Notes under the pieces: generated by a model
Databases searched by the model: none
Told to the model about the DNA's origin: nothing
The model's input: the letters and a program-made list of their open reading frames with translations, nothing else
Made by a program: the position numbers and the translations under genes
DNA from: Mycobacterium sp.
GTDB lineage: Bacteria > Actinomycetota > Actinomycetes > Mycobacteriales > Mycobacteriaceae
Direction: 5' to 3' (one strand)
DNA: 64,000 bases
NCBI GenBank assembly: GCA_050701515.1
Contig: JBOGDB010000104.1
In this document: in pieces, positions 29,701 through 38,335 of the stretch
How positions within the stretch are numbered: position 1 is the stretch's first letter
Layout of the letters: each line of letters starts with the position of its first letter

Positions 29701-30312
29701 TCAGCCGATGTTTCTGGCGAGCGCGGATTCGCCGGGCCCGGTGAGGTCTTCGAGGGCGTCGGGTCGTGCGGCCATCGCCATCAGGATCGCTTCGGCGGGC
29801 CCGCGGACCTCGGGCCCGCTGCCGTGGCTCCAGTCCAGATCGGTGGCGACCAACCGCACGCCGCGGGAGCGCTTCGCGCCCCGCACCGCCGGCACGGTGA
29901 GCGCATAGTCCAGCACGGCGCGCAGCCGCTCTGGAGGAATGGCGCGCGGTATGCGGAGAGGTCGGCGGATGTCCTGCTGATGAATCATGCCGTCCACGAG
30001 CGCGATCATGCCGCCGAAACCCGCGGTCAGGCCGCGAGGACGGATGGAGGCACGCGCTAGCTCGGTGAGCTGCTCGGGTGAGCGGGTGGCGTTTTCTGCC
30101 ACACCGACGGCATTGACGCGGTGGGGCAGGAATCCGCCCTTGGCGAAACGCTTCACCAAGCCCCAGCGGCTGAGCTCCTCGTAGCTGAGCACGTGGGCAG
30201 CGACGTCCCGTACTCGCCACTGCTCACACAGGCTGGGCTGCTCCCATTGATCGGGTGACAGTCCGGCGAGCAGGTCGGCGAAGTCTTGACGTTCCTCGCA
30301 GGCCATCTGCAT
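29701..30312 (-). CDS. Mycothiol-dependent maleylpyruvate isomerase (DinB/MDMPI) family protein
   Basis: PSLCEQWRVRDVAAH and IHQQDIRRPL. RBS GGAGG precedes ATG 30312. Confidence 0.85.
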   Translation of the reverse strand: MQMACEERQDFADLLAGLSPDQWEQPSLCEQWRVRDVAAHVLSYEELSRWGLVKRFAKGGFLPHRVNAVGVAENATRSPEQLTELARASIRPRGLTAGFGGMIALVDGMIHQQDIRRPLRIPRAIPPERLRAVLDYALTVPAVRGAKRSRGVRLVATDLDWSHGSGPEVRGPAEAILMAMAARPDALEDLTGPGESALARNIG

Positions 30313-30350
30313 CGTCGATGCCTCCTGATTGCTCGACGCCATCGGATGCC

Positions 30351-30845
30351 TCAGTCCTGTTGATTGGCTTGGCTTTTCGCCAGATCAGCAAAGCGCTTCA
30401 GCGTGCCGGTCCAGCCGTCCGGGTGGTCGAAGACCGCCCGCATCTGTTCGGTGGCGTCGCGGTAGCGCTCCAGGTTGCGGTGGCACAGATCCACGCGGGT
30501 GCGACCGGAGCCGTCATCGGTGAAAGTCACCTCGACTTCGGTTTCGAAATCCGGATCGAACTGCCAGTTCGCGCCGATCTGCCACAGCAGCACGACTTTA
30601 CGTGGCGGATCCCACGCTGCGACCCGGCCCCATTGGCAGTCGCTGCCGTCCACACCACGCTCGAACCACCGCCCGTTGGTGCCGGGTTCGAGGACCACCC
30701 CGGCGATGTCTGCGCTACCGATGGAATGTTCCTTCGGCCAGAATTCCGTCATTCTGGTGGTGAACAATTCGAAGGTCCGCGCCGGTGGCAGCGGTACGCT
30801 CACCGATCGGACAACCTCTACTACTGCGGCGGATTCGGTGCTCAT
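30351..30845 (-). CDS. SRPBCC (Aha1-like) ligand-binding protein
   Basis: F..RMTEFWP, WDPPRKVVLLW, TEVEVTF and GWTGTL. Confidence 0.85.
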   Translation of the reverse strand: MSTESAAVVEVVRSVSVPLPPARTFELFTTRMTEFWPKEHSIGSADIAGVVLEPGTNGRWFERGVDGSDCQWGRVAAWDPPRKVVLLWQIGANWQFDPDFETEVEVTFTDDGSGRTRVDLCHRNLERYRDATEQMRAVFDHPDGWTGTLKRFADLAKSQANQQD

Positions 30846-30854
30846 CGATACTCC

Positions 30855-31199
30855 TCACTTGTCGTTGTCGTCGTCGGAATGGGCTTGGGCCTCGGCCTCG
30901 GCGGCCGCAAGGATCGCGAAGTTGTCCAGGGTGGTTTCCCAGAATCGGTCGAAGTAGTCACGCACGGCCATCAGCCCCGCTTGGTTGATGCGATACAGAC
31001 GACGGGTGCCTGCTACCGACTCCACGACCAGCTCCGCGTCCTTGAGCACGCGGAGGTGTTGCGACACCGCCGGTCGCGACACCGGCAGCTGATCGGCCAG
31101 CACGCCAACGGCGATCGGGCCGGCCAGCAGCTTCTCCAGGATGGATCGCCGGGTCCGATCCCCGAGCGCGTCGAGAACCGTGTCCGCCGAAGTTGCCAT
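30855..31199 (-). CDS. ArsR family regulator (SRPBCC-associated type)
   Basis: ALGDRTRRSIL and SRPAVSQHLRVLK; acidic tail. Confidence 0.9.
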   Translation of the reverse strand: MATSADTVLDALGDRTRRSILEKLLAGPIAVGVLADQLPVSRPAVSQHLRVLKDAELVVESVAGTRRLYRINQAGLMAVRDYFDRFWETTLDNFAILAAAEAEAQAHSDDDNDK

Positions 31200-31213
31200 A
31201 ACAGTAAGTGTGT

Positions 31214-31243
31214 ACGAACGGTAAGTCTGCGTCAACCGTTCGT
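31214..31243. promoter_or_regulatory. Perfect 9-bp inverted repeat (ACGAACGGT-N12-ACCGTTCGT) over the ArsR promoter
   Basis: Arms at 31214-31222 and 31235-31243. A minus-strand TTGACG -35-like hexamer overlaps the spacer and the 31235 arm. Confidence 0.6.
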
Positions 31244-31252
31244 GAGTACTTG

Positions 31253-31855
31253 CTAATTCTTGGGGCGCGCGGCTTGGATGACTGCGTCGGTGGCACGACG
31301 GATATGGTCGGCAGCGCGATCGGGGTCGGGTTGGCCGGTGTCGAGCCAGGCGATGACCGCCTCAAGCGTCACGGTAGGGACCAGTCGTGCCGCCCACTGT
31401 CGCCAGGGCCCAGGCGGGATCCGCTCGGCGAGGTTGCTCTGGGCGATCTCGATCGCTGCCGAGCGGATTCCGTCGGTCACATCGCGGAATTCCGGCTCTC
31501 GTGCCGCGTGACGGAACAACAGCCGGAACCCGTCCGGATCGGCTGCGGCGGCGCGCAGCAAGAGCGCAATGGTGCCTTCGTGAAAGTCGTCGATGCCCAC
31601 GGTGTCGGCGAGCCGAGCGCAGGCCCGGTCCAGGACCGCGCGGTATAGGTCGGCTTTCGACGCGAAGTGGCGGTAGAGGATCACATGGCTGACGCCGGCT
31701 TCCGTGGCGATGTCATCTAGGCCAGTGGCGGTGAATCCCGCGCGGGCAAAGGCGCGAGTGGCTGCGTCGAGGATCTGCTCGCGCCGCTCGGCACGAGCCA
31801 GCCGCCGGATTGGCTCCGGGCGACTTGTCGCATGTTGCCGAGCCTGCGGCGTCAT
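31253..31855 (-). CDS. TetR/AcrR family regulator
   Basis: HTH GLDDIATEAGVSHVILYRHFASK. Confidence 0.9.
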   Translation of the reverse strand: MTPQARQHATSRPEPIRRLARAERREQILDAATRAFARAGFTATGLDDIATEAGVSHVILYRHFASKADLYRAVLDRACARLADTVGIDDFHEGTIALLLRAAAADPDGFRLLFRHAAREPEFRDVTDGIRSAAIEIAQSNLAERIPPGPWRQWAARLVPTVTLEAVIAWLDTGQPDPDRAADHIRRATDAVIQAARPKN

Positions 31856-31926
31856 CGGACTCCCTCTTGTTTAAGGGCAACTATACAACTAGTCTTGTTT
31901 ATACTGGTTTAAACATCGGAGTCGAC

Positions 31927-33102
31927 ATGGCCACCATCGCGCAGCTGCCCTTCGAACAGGCGGATCCGTTACAGGTCGCGCCCCGGCTACATCAGCTGCA
32001 GGCGCAAGGCACGGTCCACCGCATTCGCACCGAGGTGGGCGATCCGGCGTGGCTGGTTACCGGTCATCCGGATGTCCGGCGGCTGCTCGACGACGATCGA
32101 CTCGGACGCGCTCATCCCGCACCGGAGACCGCGGCCAGGTCGGGCGAGTCGGCATTGTTCGGCGGGCCGTTGGGCAACTTCGCCACCGAACACACCGACC
32201 ACGCGCGGATGCGTGCCCTGCTGCAGCCGCACTTTGCGCCGAAGCACATGCGGGCACTGCGCCCGAGAGTCGAGACCCTCACCACGCGCCTGCTCGATGA
32301 GCTCACCCAACATGGACCACCTGCCGATTTGCATGCATCCCTGGCGGTGCCGCTGCCGATACTGGTCATTTGCGAGCTGCTCGGGGTGCCGTATGAGGAC
32401 CGCAAGCAGTTCCGCGGCTGGAGCTACGACGCCGCCAACACCCGCGACCACACCCGCTCCGAACAGGGGTTGGCCGAGCTGTATGCCTATGGGCAGCGGC
32501 TCGTCGCCGACAAGCGGCGCGAGCCCGGCGACGACGTGATTTCCCGTCTGTGCGCAACCGAGGGCGTCTCCGACGACGAAGTCGCCGAGCTTTCGATGGT
32601 ATTGCTGTTCGCCGGACACGAGACCACTGTTGTCCAAATCGGTCTCACCGCAATGCTTTTGCTGGCCAACCCCGGCCAGTGGCAGGCGCTGGTCGACGTG
32701 CCGGAGTTAGTGCCGAACGCGGTCGAGGAAACGCTGCGGGCTTCGCGCAGAGGCGGCGGTCAGATGCCGCGCTACGCGCGGAAAGACTTCGAAATCGGCG
32801 GAGTCACCATCAAGGCAGGCGATCTGGTGCTGCTCGAACTCGGCGCGGCCAACCATGACCCGGCAGTTTTCGAGAAACCTGAACGAGTGGACATCAACAG
32901 ACCGGCCACGAGCCACGTGACCTTCGGTTACGGCGCTCGGTACTGTCTCGGCGCGCCCCTGGCCCGGATAGAGCTGCGAGTGGTGTTCTCCCAACTGGTT
33001 TCCCGCTTTCCGACACTGCGGCTCGCGGTCGACGTGGCGGCACTGACGGTGCGCGCCGACGAATTGGCCGGCGGACTGACAGAACTCCCGGTGCGGTGGT
33101 GA
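31927..33102 (+). CDS. Cytochrome P450 (CYP105/107-like)
   Basis: I-helix FAGHETT, EETLR, and heme motif FGYGARYCLG. Confidence 0.92.
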   Translation: MATIAQLPFEQADPLQVAPRLHQLQAQGTVHRIRTEVGDPAWLVTGHPDVRRLLDDDRLGRAHPAPETAARSGESALFGGPLGNFATEHTDHARMRALLQPHFAPKHMRALRPRVETLTTRLLDELTQHGPPADLHASLAVPLPILVICELLGVPYEDRKQFRGWSYDAANTRDHTRSEQGLAELYAYGQRLVADKRREPGDDVISRLCATEGVSDDEVAELSMVLLFAGHETTVVQIGLTAMLLLANPGQWQALVDVPELVPNAVEETLRASRRGGGQMPRYARKDFEIGGVTIKAGDLVLLELGAANHDPAVFEKPERVDINRPATSHVTFGYGARYCLGAPLARIELRVVFSQLVSRFPTLRLAVDVAALTVRADELAGGLTELPVRW

Positions 33103-33109
33103 ACGTGCG

Positions 33110-34360
33110 CTACTCGTCGGGACTGTGCATCTCTTGCGAGTGGGTTTCATACATCCGCACGGCAACGATAAGGCCGGAGACCACTGTGATGGCGGCGGCG
33201 GCCCACACCGCGGCGCGCAGCCCCCAGAGGTCGGCGGCGATGCCTCCGACGATCGCGCCGGCGGCATAACCGCTGTCGCGCCACAGTCGGTAGATCCCGA
33301 CGGCGCGGGCCCGCCAGAGCGGATGGGCCACATCGCCGATCGCGGCCAACAGTGTGGGGTAGACCATGGCGGTGCCGGCGCCCAGCAGGGCGGAGGCCGC
33401 GATCCAACCGGTGAAGGCGTCGACGCTGGCGATCAGCGCTAGCGCCGCGGCCTGAGTGAGCATCCCGGCCGTGATGAGGTGCTTGCGGCCCCAGTGGTCG
33501 GACAGCGCACCGGTGACGATTTGTCCCGCCCCCCAAACGGCCGGGTACACCGCCACCAGAATCCCGATGCGTTCGACGGACATACCGGTGGTAGCGAACA
33601 AGATCGGGAACAGGCCCCACGACATTCCGAAGTTGAGGTTGTTGACGAGACCGGCCTGACTGGCCGAAGAAAGGGCCGGCTCGGTGAAGCTTGTGCGGGT
33701 GAAGATCTCCCGGTTCGACGGCCCGCCATGGCTTGCCGCGTGTTGCTCGGCCTCCAGGCGCGCGTGCCCGCGAGTCTCTCGGACGAATACCACGCTCAGG
33801 CCCAGGCCGATCAGGGCGTAGGAAAGGCCGAGCAGAAACGGCGCCGGCCGCAAGCCGTGGTGGGCGGCGAGGTAGCCGGCGACAACCGCGGTCAGGGCCA
33901 CGGCGCCGTAACCCGCGGCTTCGTTGAAACCCATGGCCAGGCCGCGTTGGCGCGGACCCACGAGGTCGATCTTCATGACGACGGTGGTCGACCAGGTGAG
34001 TCCTTGGTTGATCCCCAGCAACACGTTGGCGGCGACGACCCAGCTCCATGATGGCGCCCAGATCAGCAGCAGCGGAACAGGAATCGCGATCAGCCAGCCC
34101 ACCACCAGCACCGGCTTTCGGCCAAATCGATCCGACCATGTGCCGGCGAAGTAGTTGGTGGCGGCCTTGGTGATCCCGAATGCCAGCACGTAGGTGAGCA
34201 GGAAGGTATAGCCGGTCAGGTGGAAGTGCTGCTCGGCCAGCAGCGGTAACACGGTTTGTTCCTGACCGACCATTCCGCCGACGAGCGCGTTGACCGCGAC
34301 GAGCAGGCTGAATTGAGCCAGGTTGGCGCGCAATCCAAGCTGTGGAGGGGTTGTGCTCAT
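33110..34360 (-). CDS. MFS transporter
   Basis: MFS motif A SDRFGRK and SDHWGRK, about 12 TM helices. ATGA overlap with the upstream gene. Confidence 0.9.
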   Translation of the reverse strand: MSTTPPQLGLRANLAQFSLLVAVNALVGGMVGQEQTVLPLLAEQHFHLTGYTFLLTYVLAFGITKAATNYFAGTWSDRFGRKPVLVVGWLIAIPVPLLLIWAPSWSWVVAANVLLGINQGLTWSTTVVMKIDLVGPRQRGLAMGFNEAAGYGAVALTAVVAGYLAAHHGLRPAPFLLGLSYALIGLGLSVVFVRETRGHARLEAEQHAASHGGPSNREIFTRTSFTEPALSSASQAGLVNNLNFGMSWGLFPILFATTGMSVERIGILVAVYPAVWGAGQIVTGALSDHWGRKHLITAGMLTQAAALALIASVDAFTGWIAASALLGAGTAMVYPTLLAAIGDVAHPLWRARAVGIYRLWRDSGYAAGAIVGGIAADLWGLRAAVWAAAAITVVSGLIVAVRMYETHSQEMHSPDE

Positions 34361-35724
34361 GCGCCAGTTGTTAGTCGACCGCCGGTGGCCCGGACCCAGT
34401 CCTGAGGGCCGCCGTCGAGCACCGCCAGATCGCGGTGTCCGGCTCGCTGCAGCAGGCTGGCCGCGCTCATCGAGCGTTCCCCGTGGCCGCACATCACGAC
34501 GGTCGGCTGGTCGGGCAGATCGTCGGCCCGGGAGGCGATCTCGCCGAGTTCGATGTGCATGGCGCCCGGCAGGTGGCCGCCGAGGTATTCAGAATCTTGC
34601 CGGATGTCCAGGACAAGTCGACCGTTGAGCAGGTTTGGCGGAGTCAACGCGATATGGGTCGTTTCGTGGCCGGCCGCGGTCCACGCTGCCATCGATCCGT
34701 CGAGTTCGCCGACGACGTTGTCGTAGCCGATTTTAGCTGCTTGCCAAGCGATCTCGGCGGCGTCCTGGTCGGAGTCGCGCACGATCACAAGTGGACGCTC
34801 GGCGGGCGCCAGCCAGCCCAGCCAGCTGGCGAACACCGAACGTAAGGGGTTCGAGATGGCGCCCGGTATATGCGCGGCACCGAACCGGTCGATGGGGCGT
34901 GCGTCAATGAGTACAGCACCGTCGACAAGCTGCGCCCGAACCGCATCGACACTCAGCGGGGCCAGCGTGGGTTCGCCGTCCAGCAGAGCCGGGCCGACGC
35001 GGTTGATCTCGCCGAGCCGGCGGAAATACGGCGGATAGCTGCCCAGCGAACCGAGAAGCTCTGCGACGAAGGCATTTTCATCGGGCGCTCGCAGCAGCGC
35101 GTTGGTGGCGAGTTCGTGGCCGATCGTGCTGGTGCGTTCCACGCCGGACGGTGCCGAGCAGAAGGACCCGGCGCCATGCGTCGGCCATACCCCGACGTGA
35201 GCGGGCAGGGCGGCCAGTCGGCGTAGGGAAACGTACTGGGCCCGGGTGAGCTCCTCGGTGCGTTCATTGGACACCAGGTCGGTGCGGGCCGCAGACCCGA
35301 CGATCAACGACCCGCCGGTGAACACTCCGACCTCGCGGTCGCCGTCGAGCAACAGAAACGCGAGGTGCTCGTGGGTATGGCCGGGTGTGAGCAGGGCGCG
35401 CAAGCGCAGGCCGCCGAGGTCGACCTCGTCGCCGTCGTGCAGCCCGGTGTGGGCGAACTCGCGGTCGCCGAGCGCCGACGCGAGCAACCGGGTTTGGCCC
35501 GTCGCACTGAGCTGGTATGCGCCGGAGAGGAAGTCGGCGTGCAGATGTGTGTCGGCGGCGTACGCCACGGTCAGGCCACGCCGCGCAGCGGCCGCATGGA
35601 CGGACCGCAGGTCTCGGCTCACGTCGACCGCCAGCGCCCGACCGTCACCGAGGTCGACGAGATAGGCGGTGTTGCCCAGCCCTTCATCGACCAGTGGGAC
35701 CAAGTCGATACCGGAAACTGTCAT
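34357..35724 (-). CDS. MBL-fold persulfide dioxygenase-rhodanese fusion (CstB-like), copy 2
   Basis: DTHLHADF, TPGHT, PTHGAGSFCS; C-terminal rhodanese VMCGHGERS. Confidence 0.85.
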   Translation of the reverse strand: MTVSGIDLVPLVDEGLGNTAYLVDLGDGRALAVDVSRDLRSVHAAAARRGLTVAYAADTHLHADFLSGAYQLSATGQTRLLASALGDREFAHTGLHDGDEVDLGGLRLRALLTPGHTHEHLAFLLLDGDREVGVFTGGSLIVGSAARTDLVSNERTEELTRAQYVSLRRLAALPAHVGVWPTHGAGSFCSAPSGVERTSTIGHELATNALLRAPDENAFVAELLGSLGSYPPYFRRLGEINRVGPALLDGEPTLAPLSVDAVRAQLVDGAVLIDARPIDRFGAAHIPGAISNPLRSVFASWLGWLAPAERPLVIVRDSDQDAAEIAWQAAKIGYDNVVGELDGSMAAWTAAGHETTHIALTPPNLLNGRLVLDIRQDSEYLGGHLPGAMHIELGEIASRADDLPDQPTVVMCGHGERSMSAASLLQRAGHRDLAVLDGGPQDWVRATGGRLTTGA

Positions 35725-36215
35725 TTCCTCCCTCCGTATGTCGGCTGAGGACGCCGGCCAAGAACAGTGTTGTAGATGAACGATGGAATGCAGAAGTGGG
35801 TGATGCTGGCCAGCGCGCCCACCAGAATGAGCGCCGCGCCGAGCGCCAAACCCAAGATGTTGGAACCGAGGGAAAACGCCCAACCGGTCGCCAACACCCA
35901 CGCCGTCGCGACACCGAAGACGAATCGTCGTTGTCGCCCCGATTTCGGGAACGGCCCCGTACCGGTCAGGTAGCGAAACCCGTAGTTGTAGAGCAGATCG
36001 AACGGGTGAAACGGGAGGAGTATGCCGACGGACGTGATCGCCGCGAGCACCCATAGCACCCCCGGTGACATCAGCGCGACACCGATAACCGTGACCAGTG
36101 TGCCGAGGGTGTACGTCCACCGCAACCACGGCGCCAGACTCTCGAGCATCTCATCGTCGAGTCCGCAAAAGCCTTGAGCTTCAAGGCGACTCCGAACGGT
36201 CGGGTTGACAGTCAT
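35721..36215 (-). CDS. DUF4395-like membrane protein
   Basis: Four TM helices, RQRRFVFG and C-terminal FCIPSFIYN. ATGA-coupled to the CstB-like gene. Confidence 0.7.
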   Translation of the reverse strand: MTVNPTVRSRLEAQGFCGLDDEMLESLAPWLRWTYTLGTLVTVIGVALMSPGVLWVLAAITSVGILLPFHPFDLLYNYGFRYLTGTGPFPKSGRQRRFVFGVATAWVLATGWAFSLGSNILGLALGAALILVGALASITHFCIPSFIYNTVLGRRPQPTYGGRK

Positions 36216-36232
36216 GTCCGACTCCCTTTCGA

Positions 36233-37003
36233 TCAGGCCGGTGGGGGAGTGCCGTCGGGTACGGCCTGGCCGCCGTGCCGATGGAGCCCGGGTACGAGCA
36301 TCGGGACTCGGCGGCGATAGTCGTGGTACTGATCGCCGAGCGCCGCCGCGAGGTCACGCTCTTCGAGCTGCAGCGCGATCAGGATGTAACCCGTTGTCGC
36401 GACGGCGAAGAGCAGATGGCCTGCGGTCATCTTCGGCGTGGCCCAGAACGCGATGAAGAAGCCCAGCATGATCGGATGGCGCACGACGCGGTAGAGCAGC
36501 GACGTGCGGAACCCGAGTTCGGTGTACGGCTGGCCGCGCCAAGCCAGGTACACCTGGCGCACGCCGAACAGATCGAAGTGGTTGATCATGAACGTCGACA
36601 ACAGGACCATCGTCCAGCCCAGTCCGAACAGGACCCACAGGATGATCTGGCCCGGCGCCCACGTCACGTCCCAGACGACGGTCGGCATCGTGCGCCACTG
36701 CCAGAACAGCAGGAACAGCAGCAGGCTCGATATCAGCACATAGGTGCTGCGCTCAATTGTCTTGGGTACCAACCGCGTCCATTGACGCTTGAACGCCGGC
36801 CGCGCCATCACACTGTGCTGCACGGCGAACAGCCCGAGCAGAAACACATTGACGACCACCGCTACCCCAATCGACGCGGCGACGCCGTTATCGATGCTGC
36901 GGGGCACCACAAGGTTGCCCATAAAGCCGATCGCGTAGAGGAATGCGGCAAGAAAGACAAGGTAACTGCCGGCGCCGTAACTGATCGTGAGAATGCGGTT
37001 CAT
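36233..37003 (-). CDS. mddA: Methanethiol S-methyltransferase (ICMT-fold)
   Basis: [42 protein letters not shown] and LEERDL. Confidence 0.8.
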   Translation of the reverse strand: MNRILTISYGAGSYLVFLAAFLYAIGFMGNLVVPRSIDNGVAASIGVAVVVNVFLLGLFAVQHSVMARPAFKRQWTRLVPKTIERSTYVLISSLLLFLLFWQWRTMPTVVWDVTWAPGQIILWVLFGLGWTMVLLSTFMINHFDLFGVRQVYLAWRGQPYTELGFRTSLLYRVVRHPIMLGFFIAFWATPKMTAGHLLFAVATTGYILIALQLEERDLAAALGDQYHDYRRRVPMLVPGLHRHGGQAVPDGTPPPA

Positions 37004-37049
37004 CGTGTCCTCCGTTGTCCATGCCGTTTGAGATCGTCTGGCGGTGTTA

Positions 37050-37077
37050 TAGTGTTTAATAGATTGCTTGAACACTA
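37050..37077. promoter_or_regulatory. 28-bp palindrome, candidate ArsR-rhodanese operator
   Basis: TAGTGTTTAA-N8-TTGAACACTA, arms 9/10 complementary, in the AT-rich divergent intergenic region. Confidence 0.7.
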
Positions 37078-37122
37078 GAACGATGGAATGCTGAAGTCAA
37101 CAGGAATCTCGGGGAAGGTCCG

Positions 37123-37794
37123 GTGATGGCGGATCGGGCGGCCAAGGATGCGCTCTATGACGGATTCGCCGCGGTGGCGAAGGGCTTTGCGAGTGGTCGG
37201 CGCGCGGAGATCATCGATGTGCTGCAGCAGGGCGAGCGGTCGGTGGAGGATCTGGCCGCCGCGATTGAGCAGAGCACCGCGAACACCTCCCAGCACCTGC
37301 GTCAGCTGGCCCACGCGGGTCTGGTCCGGAGCCGTCGCGACGGTTCGCGCATCATCTACTGCCTGACCAGTCCCGAGGTCGGTCAGGCGTGGGCCACGCT
37401 GAGCGCGCTCGCAGTCGATTACCTGGCCGATATGAAGCGTCTGATTGCGGACTACCTCGGCGACCGCGACGGCCTGGAGACGATCGGCCGCGCGGAGCTG
37501 GCGAAGCGATTGCGACGCGACGACATCGTCGTGCTCGACGTGCGCCCGGAAGCGGAGTTCCGCGCGGGGCACATCGAGGGTGCCCGTCAGATCCCGCCGG
37601 GCGAGCTGCAGCAGTTGCTGGCGGCGCTGCCCGACGATCGCGAGATTGTCGCGTATTGCCGGGGTCCGTACTGTGTCTACGCCGACCAGGCCGTCCGTGC
37701 CCTCGCCGCCCGCGGACGTCGCGCGCTGCGGCTCGAAGATGGCTTCCCGGAGTGGGCACGGGCCGGCTTGCCGGTCGCATCAGGCCCGCACTGA
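37123..37794 (+). CDS. ArsR family regulator fused to a rhodanese domain
   Basis: ArsR HTH (ANTSQHLRQL) followed by VLDVRPEAEF..GHIEGA and AYCRGPYC. Confidence 0.9.
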   Translation: MMADRAAKDALYDGFAAVAKGFASGRRAEIIDVLQQGERSVEDLAAAIEQSTANTSQHLRQLAHAGLVRSRRDGSRIIYCLTSPEVGQAWATLSALAVDYLADMKRLIADYLGDRDGLETIGRAELAKRLRRDDIVVLDVRPEAEFRAGHIEGARQIPPGELQQLLAALPDDREIVAYCRGPYCVYADQAVRALAARGRRALRLEDGFPEWARAGLPVASGPH

Positions 37795-37801
37795 CGTGCC
37801 G

Positions 37802-38335
37802 CTAGCCCTGCGACCGAATTGATGCCAGCGCCCCGAGAGCGGCCAGCGCGTCGAGTGTGTCGTCCGCGTTCGGGGTTGCCTCCGGATCGGCGATCCACTG
37901 CAGCATCAACCCGTCGCACACTGCCATCAGCACCGATGCGATCGCGGCGAGGTTGTCGGGGACGGACATGCCGATGTCGTTCATGTGTTGGGTAGCCGTG
38001 CGCACGGCCGACTCACGCACCCCGGCATATCCGGCGGCCAGCCGTTCTCGCAGCTCATCCGACCTCAACGCGGGAGCATACGACTCGATGCATGCATGCA
38101 CCGACGACCGCAGTTCGCCAAAGGAGTCGATCGCGGCGTGCAGAATCGCGGAGAGTTGATCGCCCGCGGCCAGGCCGGCCGCCATTTCGAATGCGTTCTC
38201 GACCCTCTGATTCCACATCCCGAAACATTGCCCCAAGGCCTCGTTGACCAGCGCATCCTTGCCACCGAAGTGGTAATTGATCGAGGCGACGTTCAGCCCC
38301 GCCGCGCCCGCGATGCTGCGCGACGACGTGGCGGC
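37802..38335 (-). pseudogene. TetR family regulator lacking its 5' end
   Basis: The frame upstream of the track ORF reads AATSSRSIAGAAGLNVASINYHFGGKDAL (HTH). Helix 1 and the start codon are absent. Confidence 0.8.

Noticed and set aside
34357-36129. 590-aa extended CstB-like ORF
   Set aside because: The first 135 aa overlap the DUF4395-like gene. An RBS (GGAGGAA) and ATGA coupling place the start at 35724.
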